Shown: positions 19,717 to 29,867, numbered from the stretch's first letter. The stretch is 64,000 nt of DNA from an uncultured Prevotellaceae bacterium (GCA_900543815.1 UQST01000005.1:54908-118907), one strand, 5' to 3'. Program-made: numbers and translations. Notes: generated by a model from the sequence alone, not told the origin.

Positions 19717-19796
19717 AAAATTCATCACCTTATCACAATAAGGCTATATGCCGAAGGATGAATTCCTAGCGCCTCTCTTCGGAGAGGCTTTTTTTG
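19717..19796 (+). ncRNA. tracrRNA: Predicted tracrRNA, about 80 nt, divergent from cas9
   Basis: Anti-repeat UUCAUCACCUUAUCACAAU (19721-19739) pairs with crRNA repeat 5'-GUUGUGGUUUGGUGAUGAA: 9 perfect bp, a 2-nt mismatch bulge, then 8 bp including two G·U pairs. Followed by a nexus-like CAAUAAGGCUAUAUGCC (compare CAAUAAGGCCG in the Neisseria tracrRNA), a small hairpin AGGAUGAAUUCCU, and terminator GCCUCUCUUCGGAGAGGC plus U7 (19771-19795). Confidence 0.65.
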
Positions 19797-20190
19797 TATC
19801 CTTGCCCGTCTGTGGGTTTGCTCGGACGATATGTGTGTTAAAGCCTGATGTTTCCATGCTACTGTCTTTGTTTGTTAGCGAAGTTATAACAAAAATGATG
19901 GTGAGCCAACAAAAAAGAGAAAAAGCTATGGATGAGCGAATGGAATCGTCTGTTTCCCGCACCATTTTGACCCAGATGCTTCATGAAAACCGCTTCTCGC
20001 ATCGTTTGTAAGTCTCAAAAGCCACCCTGAGAGCATACTTGCGTTCTTATGATAGTAGGTTTGATGGCCTTATCTGGGTACTGTGTCTTGATTGTTGCAG
20101 CCCCACACATCAATCCGGGAAGAAGATTGTGGGGCGGTGGGGATGGATATCGGGAGAAAAGGTGTTATCTTTGTCTTCGGACTTTAATGT

Positions 20191-20478
20191 ATGGATAGGA
20201 TAAGGAGGATAGTGATTCTATCGATGGAGATAAAGGATTGTCATCCGTGTGACAAGGTTCTCTGTACGGATGCTGAGTATGCCGAGATGGCGGGAGAACT
20301 GGCTACGATAATCTGGGAAGAGAAGCTGGGTGATATGGACGATGTGATGTTCATCATCTGGAACACCCTGCATGTCTTTCTTGCTACCTTATATATAAGG
20401 ATAGGCAAAAGGTTTTGGGCGTTTGGGCTAAAGTGTTGGCGTGGAAATCTGCTTGGTATAGCGTTCGATGGCCAATAG
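20191..20478 (+). CDS. Hypothetical small protein, 95 aa, in an otherwise ORF-free 950-bp block next to cas9/tracrRNA
   Basis: ATG-initiated ORF MDRIRRIVILSMEIKDCHPCDKVLCTDAEYAEMAGELATIIWEEKLGDMDDVMFIIWNTLHVFLATLYIRIGKRFWAFGLKCWRGNLLGIAFDGQ; no recognisable motif; coding status uncertain. Confidence 0.25.
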   Translation: MDRIRRIVILSMEIKDCHPCDKVLCTDAEYAEMAGELATIIWEEKLGDMDDVMFIIWNTLHVFLATLYIRIGKRFWAFGLKCWRGNLLGIAFDGQ

Positions 20479-20550
20479 CGATAGTCCTAAGGTTTATGGT
20501 CATTGGTAAACAGGCTTGGCTGAATGGCTTGGCCGAAGAAACATGCTGCT

Positions 20551-20596
20551 GAACGGAAACAAACGAGCCGAACCTCCTGATGGGGAAGTTCGGCTC
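20551..20596 (-). terminator. Intrinsic terminator downstream of ilvE
   Basis: Minus-strand hairpin GAGCCGAAC-(loop)-GUUCGGCUC followed by GUUUGUUUCC. Confidence 0.6.
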
Positions 20597-20632
20597 GATT
20601 GTGTATGATGGGCTGTGCAGCCCGTTTGACTC

Positions 20633-21655
20633 TTATTCGATGACCACGTGAGTCCATCCGTGGGTGTCGGGAAGTACACCGTACTGGATGTCGCGCAGCA
20701 TGTGGTAGAGCTTGGTACTGATGGGACCAGGCTGACCATCCTTGCTGATGACGTAGCTCTTCTTGTTCTCCAGGTCGTCGATACGCTCGATGGGGGAGAT
20801 GACAGCAGCGGTGCCGCATGCGCCGGCCTCTTCAAAGGTGGCCAACTCTTCCTCGGGTATCTGGCGACGCTCCACCTTGAGGCCAAGATCCATAGCCAGC
20901 TGCATCAGGCTCTTGTTGGTGATGCTGGGCAGGATAGAGGTGCTCTTGGGAGTCACATAGGTGTTGTCCTTGATGCCGAAGAAGTTGGCTGCTCCGCACT
21001 CGTCGATGTATTTCTTCTCCTTGGCATCCAGATAGAACTCGCAACTGTAGCCCAAGTCGTGTGCCATCTTGTTGGCCTTCAGGCTGGCTGCATAGTTGCC
21101 GCCCACCTTGTAGATACCGGTGCCCAAGGGGGCGCTGCGGTCATATTCGCGGATGATGACGTATGGGTTGGTGGCAAAACCACCCTTGAAATACGGTCCC
21201 ACTGGGGTAACGAAGATGAGGAAGAGGTATTCCTCAGAAGGGTGAACGCCTACCTGTGCGCTTGTACCTATGAGCAGTGGGCGCACGTAGAGGGTTGCTC
21301 CGCTCTCATAGGGCGGAATGAAGCGTTCGTTGAGGCGCACCACCTTCTCTACCATCTCGATGAACTTCTCGGTGGGAAGTTCGGGCATGAGGATTCCACG
21401 GCAGGTGCTCTGCAGGCGGGCAGCATTCTCGTCGGGACGGAACACACGTACCTTGCCGTCGGGACAGCGATATGCCTTGAGTCCCTCGAAGGCTTCCTGA
21501 CCGTAGTGAAGGCATGTGGCTGCCATGTGCAGGGGGATAGTCTCCTCGCTGCACACCTCTATTTCGCCCCACGCACCGTTGCGGTAGTAGCAACGCACGT
21601 TGTAATCAGTCTTCATGTAACCGAATGAAAGGTTACTCCAGTCTATTTCTTTCAT
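20633..21655 (-). CDS. ilvE: Branched-chain amino acid aminotransferase
   Basis: Track ORF runs to 21697; likely start at MKEIDWSNLSFGYMKTDY (21655); PLP fold class IV features (EGLKAYR, VGGNYAASL). Confidence 0.85.
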   Translation of the reverse strand: MKEIDWSNLSFGYMKTDYNVRCYYRNGAWGEIEVCSEETIPLHMAATCLHYGQEAFEGLKAYRCPDGKVRVFRPDENAARLQSTCRGILMPELPTEKFIEMVEKVVRLNERFIPPYESGATLYVRPLLIGTSAQVGVHPSEEYLFLIFVTPVGPYFKGGFATNPYVIIREYDRSAPLGTGIYKVGGNYAASLKANKMAHDLGYSCEFYLDAKEKKYIDECGAANFFGIKDNTYVTPKSTSILPSITNKSLMQLAMDLGLKVERRQIPEEELATFEEAGACGTAAVISPIERIDDLENKKSYVISKDGQPGPISTKLYHMLRDIQYGVLPDTHGWTHVVIE

Positions 21656-21721
21656 ATTGTAATGAGTTATAGTCCTTTTGTTACAAGCTGTAGGCAAAAT
21701 GTCGGCAGCGTTGGTGCAAAG

Positions 21722-21925
21722 TTACTCCTTTTCGTTGACATCTAACAGGGAATTGCAATTTTTTTCCGCTTCATACAGTTGCTCGCGGCATTGCTTCATC
21801 CACTTCTGTGCCTGGCGCAGGCTTTCGGCCATCCGGTCAACGGTGATTTCACCGTTCTCCATGCGCTTGGTCAGGTCTTCCAACCGCTGCATGGCTTCTT
21901 CGTAGGTCAGTTTTTCTTCTTGCAT
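21722..21925 (-). CDS. xseB: Exodeoxyribonuclease VII small subunit
   Basis: 67 aa; LTYEEAMQRLEDLTKRMENGEITVDRMAESLRQAQKWMKQCREQL; overlaps the end of xseA. Confidence 0.8.
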   Translation of the reverse strand: MQEEKLTYEEAMQRLEDLTKRMENGEITVDRMAESLRQAQKWMKQCREQLYEAEKNCNSLLDVNEKE

Positions 21926-23160
21926 GATGTTACTGTGCTATTGATTTCTCCTTCCAGCGTGATGGTGCGCAGCGTGTCGCCTGGCTTCAGGCAGGACAGG
22001 TCGGTGAGCATCCTTCCCTGGTGTGTGGTGATGGTAAAGCCGCGTCGTAGGAGCAGGGAAGGGTCAGAGGCTTTGAGCCTTTGCTCCATGAGCTCCATGC
22101 GATGCCGCTCGCGCTCGAAGCGCTGTATGGTGACGGTGCGCAGCGAGGTGAGCATCTGGTCGAGGCGAACCTGCATGCGGTCGGTCTTCCGACGTATGAG
22201 CAGGGGCAACAGGGAAGCCTGCATGTCCAGCCGTTTGCGCTCACGCAGCAACCGCTCCTGTGCCGAATGTGCGATGCGGCGGTAAAGGTCGTCGAGCAGA
22301 GCCGCTTCCTGAGCCTGATGGTCGATGATGAAGGCGGCAGCGGCAGTGGGTGTCTTCACGCGTGTATGCGCTACATAATCCAATACCGTCTCGTCGCGCT
22401 CGTGGCCGATGCCTGTAATCACGGGCAGGGGAAACTGTGCGATGCAGGATGCCAGCAGATAGCTGTCGAAGTCGCTTAGGTCTCCTGTGGCTCCTCCGCC
22501 GCGTATGATGACCACTATATCCCATCTTTCTGCCTCGTCGGCAATGGCTTGCAGGGCTGCCGAAACAGTCTCCTCCACCCGTGCTCCTTGCATGACGGCA
22601 GGGAAGAGGCGGGTGGTGAAGGCAAGCCCATAGTCGTTGCCGGCCAACTGGTTGCAGAAGTCGCCGTAGCCGGCAGCGCCTGCGGCCGACACCACAGCTA
22701 TACGCTTGAGCAGGCGGGGCAGTTTGAGTGTCTGGTTGTCATGCAGTATGCCGTCGCGCTCCAGCTGCTCCAGAATCTCGCGCCGGCGCTTTGCCATGTC
22801 GCCCAGAGTGAAGTTGGAGTCGGCATCCAGCATGTTGAGTGCATACCCGTATTGCTCGTGGAAGGTGACTCTGACCAGCAGTCGCACCTTCATGCCGGCA
22901 TGTAGCGTCTGCCCCGTATCGCGCTGGAAGCGCAGGCTGAGCAGATTGTAGGTACGTGCCCAACAGGTCACTCTGGCGCGGGCAAGTATCCTCTTGCCGT
23001 CCTCCTCCTTCTCGATGAGTTCGCCATAGAAGTGTCCGCCGTAGCCCTGGGTGGCATCACTCAGTTCGCCCACCACCCAGTACTCCTCGTCGAGACTGGA
23101 TTCGAGCACCGAGCGCACCATCCTGTTGAGCTCATACAGCGTGTAGTCATTGCCTGTCAT
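21907..23160 (-). CDS. xseA: Exodeoxyribonuclease VII large subunit
   Basis: 417 aa; N-terminal OB-fold region and a long C-terminal coiled-coil segment typical of XseA; followed by xseB. Confidence 0.85.
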   Translation of the reverse strand: MTGNDYTLYELNRMVRSVLESSLDEEYWVVGELSDATQGYGGHFYGELIEKEEDGKRILARARVTCWARTYNLLSLRFQRDTGQTLHAGMKVRLLVRVTFHEQYGYALNMLDADSNFTLGDMAKRRREILEQLERDGILHDNQTLKLPRLLKRIAVVSAAGAAGYGDFCNQLAGNDYGLAFTTRLFPAVMQGARVEETVSAALQAIADEAERWDIVVIIRGGGATGDLSDFDSYLLASCIAQFPLPVITGIGHERDETVLDYVAHTRVKTPTAAAAFIIDHQAQEAALLDDLYRRIAHSAQERLLRERKRLDMQASLLPLLIRRKTDRMQVRLDQMLTSLRTVTIQRFERERHRMELMEQRLKASDPSLLLRRGFTITTHQGRMLTDLSCLKPGDTLRTITLEGEINSTVTSCKKKN

Positions 23161-23185
23161 GTGTGCTGGCTTTGGGTTGGAAAGG

Positions 23186-24493
23186 TCAGTTGCGGGCGTT
23201 CTCCAGTTTGCTGATATAGTAGGCTCTGAGGTCTTCCCAGCGGTAGTAGGGGAACTTCACAGGCTTCACGGGCAGCGTCATCTCGTGCTCCTGCAGCAGA
23301 GCCTTCACCAGGATATCGCCTTGGCGTCCCTTCTTGGGACGGTAGAAGATGAGCTGGATGTTGCCTGCCATGGGGAAGATGTTGGAACCCACCCACACAC
23401 GGTCCAGCGTATCCAGGTTCTCCACCGTCTCTCCTGTATTGCCCAGTTCCATCAGCGTGGCCAGTGGCATGAGGAACACTTCGTGTCCGAAGCGCAGAGT
23501 GGCTCCGTGATAATCTTTCTGGTTCACGATGGTATCGGCAGTCTCGATGACGTTGCGGAGCAGAGTCTCCACCTTGAAAGGTGCTTTCTTGCGCGTATAG
23601 TTAGAGGCTCCAAACTCGGCGTAGAACCTCATGTTGTACAGTTTCCACAGGTCGTAGGCTTCATCCTCGGTGAAGTAATGCCACAGGTCAGGTGCTCCGT
23701 AGTGGCTCTGCATGTTGCCGCACACCTCGAACACCCGTCTCATCAGGCGCTCGCAGTTGACTTCGTCGCGTGCGTAAGCCTCGTCGTTGAACAGGAGTTT
23801 GCCGAAGCGCTCGGGATGCACCAGCTCTTTGCGCCACTTCTGCTCCAGTCCATTGCGGCCTTCTTCAGCCTCCTTCACGTAGTCGGGTGGGTTGGGTGCC
23901 AGATACCACTGGTATGTGGTGCTCACGTCATTGTGCATGAGCAGGTTGGGGAAGTGGCGTGTCAGCTCCTCACACTCGGCTTCCATGCTCAGGATGCAGC
24001 GTATGACCACGGTGCTTCGTGCATCCACCCGCGAGTTCTTGGCGTTGAACACCTGGGGGAAGTTCCTGGCCATGCGTCTGCCTATGCCGTGATGCTGGTC
24101 TTCACCCTTGGTGGTGAGTTCGCCTATGCGCCCTTTGGCACCCTTGTAAAACTCCTCCACTGCGCTGAGCAGTTGCTCTCCCTCGGCGGTCAGTTTGCCC
24201 TTCTCGCGTGCTGCCTGCAGGGGTTTCATCACATCCTGGTACTGCCCATCGCCACACAGCCAGCGGCTTCCGTGGCGGGCATAATTGGTGAGATAAAAGG
24301 GTTCGTAGCCTTTGGGAGCCGGTGTGAGCTTCTCGGTGGGAGTGGGGTAGGCGGTGTAATTGCTTCCGCACAGGTTTCTGTCGCGGTGGATAGCCTTGCG
24401 TGCTTCTGTCCAATTGTCGCTCTGGGCAGAAACAACGCTGGCAGCACCAATGGCTGCCAGCATTATGAATGTATAGAGTCTGTTGCTCTGCAT
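23186..24493 (-). CDS. Secreted histidine acid phosphatase, MINPP-like phytase family
   Basis: 435 aa; signal peptide; RHGSR signature in YARHGSRW; size matches Bacteroides MINPP-type enzymes. Confidence 0.7.
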   Translation of the reverse strand: MQSNRLYTFIMLAAIGAASVVSAQSDNWTEARKAIHRDRNLCGSNYTAYPTPTEKLTPAPKGYEPFYLTNYARHGSRWLCGDGQYQDVMKPLQAAREKGKLTAEGEQLLSAVEEFYKGAKGRIGELTTKGEDQHHGIGRRMARNFPQVFNAKNSRVDARSTVVIRCILSMEAECEELTRHFPNLLMHNDVSTTYQWYLAPNPPDYVKEAEEGRNGLEQKWRKELVHPERFGKLLFNDEAYARDEVNCERLMRRVFEVCGNMQSHYGAPDLWHYFTEDEAYDLWKLYNMRFYAEFGASNYTRKKAPFKVETLLRNVIETADTIVNQKDYHGATLRFGHEVFLMPLATLMELGNTGETVENLDTLDRVWVGSNIFPMAGNIQLIFYRPKKGRQGDILVKALLQEHEMTLPVKPVKFPYYRWEDLRAYYISKLENARN

Positions 24494-24667
24494 GTGTCTT
24501 TTGTTTGATTGGGTCGGCCTTTTGGGCTTTCTCCTTATTTATATTATAGGTGCTTCAATAGAGGGTTCTGTGCGGTGCGGCAGTTCTTCCTGTTTGCTTC
24601 AAATGGGTTTCCTGTATCGTCCGTCAGTACTCTCTGTCTGCTTCCATGTAGTCCGGTGTGCTCTGTC

Positions 24668-25951
24668 TTAGCCCAGGAAGCTGAGCAGGATACCTGCTGC
24701 AACAGCCGAACCAATCACGCCTGCCACGTTGGGACCCATAGCGTGCATAAGCAGGAAGTTGTGAGGATCTGACTTCTGCCCCTCTACCTGGCTTACGCGG
24801 GCTGCCATGGGAACAGCACTCACGCCGGCCGAACCGATAAGCGGATTGATCTTCTCCTTCATGAAGAGGTTCATCAGCTTGGCCAGCAATACGCCGCCGG
24901 CAGTTCCCACGCCGAATGCCACGATGCCTACACACAGGATGCTGAGTGTCTGCCAGTTGAGGAAAGCCTCTGCTGTGGCTGTAGCACCCACGGTGGTACC
25001 CAGGAAGATGACCACTATGTTGTTCAACTCATTCTGTGCAGCCTTGCTCAGACGCTCCACTACACCGCTCTCCTTCATCAGGTTGCCCAGCATGAGGCAG
25101 CCAATCAGAGTGGCGGCAGAAGGCAGTATGAGTGACACCAGAATAGCCACTACGATGGGGAAGATGATCTTTTCCTTCTTGCTCACAGTACGCAGCTGCT
25201 TCATGCGAATCATGCGCTCCTTCTTGGTGGTGAGCATTCGCATGATGGGCGGCTGTATCACAGGCACGAGTGCCATATAGCTGTAAGCGGCCACAGCGAT
25301 GGGACCCAGCAAGTGGGGAGCCAGCTTGGTGGTGAGGAAGATGGCAGTGGGACCGTCGGCACCACCGATAATACCGATAGAAGCAGCCTCCTGGGCGTTG
25401 AAACCGAAGAAGTCAAGCTGTGTAACGATAAAGGTGGCGAAGATGCCCAACTGTGCTGCTGCACCCAGAAGAAGGCTCTTGGGGTTGGCAATCAGCGGAC
25501 CGAAATCGGTCATGGCACCTACTCCCAGGAATATCAGACAGGGATAGATGCCAGCCTTCACTCCTATGTAGAGCACATCGAGCAGTCCTCCCTCGGCCAT
25601 CACATGACGATAGCTGTGGTAGTAGGGGCTGTCTGGGTTGAGGAACTCATCATTCCACATCTCGGTGTGGAACAGGCCTGCACCGGGCAGGTTGGTGAGT
25701 ATCATACCAAAGGCAATGGGGAGCAGGAGCAGAGGCTCATACTCTTTCTTGATAGCCAGATAGAGCAGCACGCAGCCAACGGCCAGCATGACCAGGTTCT
25801 TCCAGCCTGTTCCGATGAAGAAGGATGTGAATCCCATCTCGCTGTAGAACTTCTCAAGGGCGGTGCCCAAGTTGAAATCTCCGGCCATCATAGGAGTGGC
25901 CACCAGCAAAAGCAATGCCATGAGGCACATGGCGCGCAGATGTTTCTTCAT
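24668..25951 (-). CDS. mmdB: Na+-translocating methylmalonyl-CoA/oxaloacetate decarboxylase, beta subunit
   Basis: 427 aa polytopic membrane protein; OadB/MmdB-like; last gene of a four-gene decarboxylase operon. Confidence 0.85.
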   Translation of the reverse strand: MKKHLRAMCLMALLLLVATPMMAGDFNLGTALEKFYSEMGFTSFFIGTGWKNLVMLAVGCVLLYLAIKKEYEPLLLLPIAFGMILTNLPGAGLFHTEMWNDEFLNPDSPYYHSYRHVMAEGGLLDVLYIGVKAGIYPCLIFLGVGAMTDFGPLIANPKSLLLGAAAQLGIFATFIVTQLDFFGFNAQEAASIGIIGGADGPTAIFLTTKLAPHLLGPIAVAAYSYMALVPVIQPPIMRMLTTKKERMIRMKQLRTVSKKEKIIFPIVVAILVSLILPSAATLIGCLMLGNLMKESGVVERLSKAAQNELNNIVVIFLGTTVGATATAEAFLNWQTLSILCVGIVAFGVGTAGGVLLAKLMNLFMKEKINPLIGSAGVSAVPMAARVSQVEGQKSDPHNFLLMHAMGPNVAGVIGSAVAAGILLSFLG

Positions 25952-25955
25952 GTCT

Positions 25956-26666
25956 TCAAGCCATTTCTATCAGTACGTCACCGCCCTGTACCTGGGCACC
26001 TTTCTGAACTCTTACGGCCTTCACAGTGCCGGCGCTTTCGGCTGTGATGCAGTTCTCCATCTTCATGGCTTCGAGTTTGAGTACGTTCTGACCAGCACTT
26101 ACCTTGTCGCCCACCTTCACCAACACCTCGGTGACAGTACCTGGCAGAGGAGCCACTACGCAGTTGGCACCTGCAGCAGGCTGGGGGGCTGGTGCGGGAG
26201 CAGCAGGAGCGGGTGCAGGAGCTGCGGAAGCAGGCTGTGCATCGGCTACGAACTCTATCAGAATCATACCCTGGTTGACGCTCTGTCCCTGGCTCACGCA
26301 CACGTTCTTGATGGTTCCGTCGGCCTCGGCGGTAATGTCATTGGCCATCTTCATGGCCTCCATTACCAGCAGCACATCGCCTTTCTTCACCTTCTGGCCC
26401 TTCTTCACCTTCACGCTGGTGATGGTGCCGGGCAGGGGAGCCACTACATTACCGGGTGCAGCAGCTGCCGGACGTGCCACTGCAGGTGCACCTGCTGCGG
26501 CTGATACTGCAGGTCTCACCATGGGACGAGTGCAGTGGTGTGCCTTTTCGGGCAACTCCACCTGGTAGGTTTTGCCGTTGACGGTCACGTTGAGAGTGCC
26601 GTTGTCCTGCTCTTCCACGCTGGCGGCATAGTCCTGACCATTGATCTTGAACTTATAGTCTTTCAT
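25956..26666 (-). CDS. mmdC: Biotin carboxyl carrier subunit of the decarboxylase, with two biotinyl/lipoyl-like domains
   Basis: 236 aa; two EAMKM motifs ([20 protein letters not shown]) separated by an Ala/Pro-rich linker. Confidence 0.85.
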   Translation of the reverse strand: MKDYKFKINGQDYAASVEEQDNGTLNVTVNGKTYQVELPEKAHHCTRPMVRPAVSAAAGAPAVARPAAAAPGNVVAPLPGTITSVKVKKGQKVKKGDVLLVMEAMKMANDITAEADGTIKNVCVSQGQSVNQGMILIEFVADAQPASAAPAPAPAAPAPAPQPAAGANCVVAPLPGTVTEVLVKVGDKVSAGQNVLKLEAMKMENCITAESAGTVKAVRVQKGAQVQGGDVLIEMA

Positions 26667-26699
26667 CTTTTGTCGAATCGTTTGGTTGTTTGATAATGT

Positions 26700-27026
26700 T
26701 TAGAGAGAGGGGTTCAGCTCGCTGTGCCAGGCAGTCTCTGTGGGATGCCAGGTGAGTACTCCGCTCTCGTAGTCATGCTGATCATTCTGGTACAGATGTA
26801 CTGCGGTGGCCACTGCAGCCAGGTCGGCCTCTGAAGCCTCTGCCTCGCCACAGCCGCAGGGGCAGCCATCGGCAGCGGCCTGAGCCTTCTTGCTGCCCAT
26901 GGTGCGTGCGTTGATGTTGCCCATGAACTGCAGTATGAGCACCAGGATAATCAGTATGCAGAAGACTATGCCTACGCCCATGCCGGTCATCAACCATACA
27001 GTGGGCCAGTTTGTAAGTAATGTCAT
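26700..27026 (-). CDS. mmdD: Decarboxylase small membrane-anchor subunit, OadG/MmdD-like
   Basis: 108 aa; single N-terminal TM helix; lies between the alpha and biotin-carrier subunits. Confidence 0.6.
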   Translation of the reverse strand: MTLLTNWPTVWLMTGMGVGIVFCILIILVLILQFMGNINARTMGSKKAQAAADGCPCGCGEAEASEADLAAVATAVHLYQNDQHDYESGVLTWHPTETAWHSELNPSL

Positions 27027-27054
27027 AATGCTTCCTTATATTATATGTGAGCGA

Positions 27055-28626
27055 TTACAGAGGGATGTTTCCGTGCTTCTTGGCGGGATTCTGCTGCTTC
27101 TTGCCAGCCAGCTGCTCCAGTGCGCGTATGATGCGGAAACGTGTGTTGCGTGGCTCGATCACATCATCGATATAGCCGTACTTGGCGGCCTGGTAAGGTG
27201 TGGCGAAGAGCTTGGTGTACTCCTCCTCCTTCTCCTTGATGAATGCCTTTGCCTCCTCGGCCTTTCCCTCTTCCTTGAGAGCCTTTGCCTCCTTGGCATA
27301 GAGCACGCTGGCAGCGCCGCTGGCACCCATCACTGCGATTTCGGCAGAAGGCCAAGCGTAGTTGAGGTCGCCGCGAAGTTGCTTACAGCTCATCACAATG
27401 TGGCTGCCGCCATAAGACTTACGCAGGGTGACTGTCACCTTGGGTACAGTAGCCTCTCCGTATGCGTAGAGCAACTTGGCTCCGTGCAGAATCACGGCAT
27501 TGTACTCCTGAGCGGTACCGGGAAGGAATCCGGGTACATCCACAAGAGTCACGATGGGGATGTTGAATGCGTCGCAGAAGCGCACGAAGCGTGCAGCCTT
27601 GCGGCTTGAATTGCAGTCCAGTACGCCTGCCAGCTGCTTGGGCTGGTTGGCCACGATACCCACGCTCTCGCCGTTGAAGCGTGCAAAGCCCACGATGATG
27701 TTCTTTGCGAAGTTGGGCTGAACCTCGAAGAACTCGCCGTTATCCACGATACCGCCGATTACCTCATACATATCATAAGGCATGTTGGGGTTCTCGGGGA
27801 TGATTTCATTGAGGCTGTCCTCCAGACGGTCAATGGGGTCGGTGCATTCCACACGGGGAGTCTTCTCCAGGTTGTTCTGAGGTATGTAGGTCATCAGCTG
27901 CTTGATCATAGCGATGCACTCCTCCTCGGTAGTGGCTGTGAAGTGTGTTACGCCCGACTTGCTGCCGTGCACACTTGCACCACCCAGCTGCTCCTGTGTG
28001 ACCACCTCACCCAGCACTGCCTTCACGGGACCAGGTCCTGTGAGGAACATGTAAGAGGAGTTCTCCACCATGAAAGTGAAGTCGGTGAGTGCGGGGCTAT
28101 ATACTGCGCCGCCTGCGCAGGGGCCCATGATGGCGCTGATCTGAGGTATCACGCCGCTTGACATGATGTTGCGCTGGAAGATTTCGGCATATCCTGCCAG
28201 AGCGTTGATGCCCTCCTGCAGTCGTGCACCACCCGAGTCGTTGAGTCCGATGACGGGTGCACCCACGCGCATGGCGATATCCATCACCTTGCATATCTTG
28301 CTTGCCAGCATCTCGCTCAGTGAGCCGGCGCTCACGGTGAAGTCCTGTGCGAAGACATACACGAGGCGTCCGCCGATGGTTCCGCTACCTGTGACAACGC
28401 CGTCACCCAGGTAGTGCTTCTTTTCCATACCGAAGTTGGTGCAGCGGTGCTGTACGAACATGTCCATCTCTTCGAATGAACCTTCGTCCAGCAACATGGC
28501 AATGCGCTCGCGCGCTGTGTACTTGCCCTTTGCATGCTGCTTGTCGATGGCCTTCTCGCCACCGCCCATGCGGGCTTTGGCACGGAGCTCAACCAGCTCC
28601 TTGATCTTTTCTGCTTGTGTACTCAT
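27055..28626 (-). CDS. mmdA: Methylmalonyl-CoA decarboxylase alpha subunit (carboxyltransferase, propionyl-CoA carboxylase beta-chain family)
   Basis: 523 aa; carboxyltransferase N- and C-domain layout; the -7 TAACTTTG motif on the minus strand lies about 45 nt upstream of its ATG. Confidence 0.85.
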   Translation of the reverse strand: MSTQAEKIKELVELRAKARMGGGEKAIDKQHAKGKYTARERIAMLLDEGSFEEMDMFVQHRCTNFGMEKKHYLGDGVVTGSGTIGGRLVYVFAQDFTVSAGSLSEMLASKICKVMDIAMRVGAPVIGLNDSGGARLQEGINALAGYAEIFQRNIMSSGVIPQISAIMGPCAGGAVYSPALTDFTFMVENSSYMFLTGPGPVKAVLGEVVTQEQLGGASVHGSKSGVTHFTATTEEECIAMIKQLMTYIPQNNLEKTPRVECTDPIDRLEDSLNEIIPENPNMPYDMYEVIGGIVDNGEFFEVQPNFAKNIIVGFARFNGESVGIVANQPKQLAGVLDCNSSRKAARFVRFCDAFNIPIVTLVDVPGFLPGTAQEYNAVILHGAKLLYAYGEATVPKVTVTLRKSYGGSHIVMSCKQLRGDLNYAWPSAEIAVMGASGAASVLYAKEAKALKEEGKAEEAKAFIKEKEEEYTKLFATPYQAAKYGYIDDVIEPRNTRFRIIRALEQLAGKKQQNPAKKHGNIPL

Positions 28627-29063
28627 TGTGTACTATTGTATGTTTAGAGTTTACGTATTTCCTTGCAAAGTTAGCCAATTTATATTAGCCATGCGTCCTT
28701 TTTTCTCCTTTTTTTATTATAGAGTGCTTTTCGTGGGCTTATGTCTGGTGGCGGGAAATAGCCTCCCGGGTGCTGCCCAACCTATTGCCAGCCTGCCTTC
28801 AGCCTGCGTGCAAGGGGCTGTAGGCTGGCTTCTCGCTTGGAGCCATAGTGCTGCGGGGGCAATCCCAGCGTGCTTCGACGGGCTGGTCAGCGCGCTGAAA
28901 ACGGGAATGAAGCGTGCTGCCTCTTGGGGGCAAAGGAATCGGGCGGAGAACCGGATTGGTTTTCTTTGGAAAAAGAAAGAAGCCTGAGCGTTGGCACTCA
29001 GACTTCTATGTCATTTCTCCTGCTTCCCTGCATGCGCTTGGCATGTGCGGTGGGGGAGGGCGG

Positions 29064-29867
29064 TCAGCGTACTGTGATGTGGAAACAACCCTGCTTGCGC
29101 TCGTGCTTCACGTAGCAGGCGCTGTCGGCGCGGAGGTCTCTCAACACCTGGCTGAGCACCCATTTCAGCGTATCGTTCCTGACTGCACGGCATTCGGGAC
29201 CGTCTGGATGCGAAACCGTAGAGTATCGGTTGTAGGCGATGTCGAAGGTGGTGCCGTAGCGGTGGCAGCTTTGCTCGCTGGCGTTGCCGTTGCGCCTCCT
29301 GAGCCTCTGCACGTCATCTTCGGTGCGCAGGATGCTTGATACGATGATGCGGTGCAGGGGAATTCCCTTCACATACAGGCTGTCCAGGAAGTTGCGGCCT
29401 ATGTCGCTCAGCAAATCATGTGCTCTGGGCACCAGATAGGGTATGCTGTGCGTCATGTTCTTATCTATACAGAAGTAAGGGTCAGCACCCACATACACCA
29501 GTTCGTTCTTTCTCCTTTCGGCCTCCTCCCGGTTTGCCACAGGCGTTACGCCGTGTTGCTGGGCGGCCAGAATCTGCACATCCTGCAGGTCGGGGAAGCA
29601 AGCCTGGTAGCTGTGCACTCCTCCCAGTTTGTGCCACGGTATGCTGTCGCCGTCGGGATAGCATATTGTGGAACTGGTGCGGTTGCTTGGCTGCACAACA
29701 GGAAGCGCTGCGATGGTGTCGGCCATTGCAACGCTTTCGCTCTCAGGCTCTTCTTCGCTGGTGGGGGAAGTGGGCATTACCGATGGATGGCACATTCTCA
29801 CCACTCCGAGTGTGCCCACGATGGAGCCACACAGAGCCAAATAAATTCGTTTCTTCAGTCTTCTCAT
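29064..29867 (-). CDS. Hypothetical secreted protein with a LAS/VanY-like metallopeptidase motif
   Basis: 267 aa; signal peptide; SCHRYGTTFD resembles the SxHxxGxAxD motif of D-Ala-D-Ala carboxypeptidases; tentative. Confidence 0.45.
   Translation of the reverse strand: MRRLKKRIYLALCGSIVGTLGVVRMCHPSVMPTSPTSEEEPESESVAMADTIAALPVVQPSNRTSSTICYPDGDSIPWHKLGGVHSYQACFPDLQDVQILAAQQHGVTPVANREEAERRKNELVYVGADPYFCIDKNMTHSIPYLVPRAHDLLSDIGRNFLDSLYVKGIPLHRIIVSSILRTEDDVQRLRRRNGNASEQSCHRYGTTFDIAYNRYSTVSHPDGPECRAVRNDTLKWVLSQVLRDLRADSACYVKHERKQGCFHITVR

Noticed and set aside
28436-29339. Plus-strand ORFs 28436..28987, 28870..29115, 28914..29339 upstream of mmdA
   Set aside because: They overlap each other and the minus-strand secreted-protein gene, are GC-rich and low complexity, and have no support as genes.
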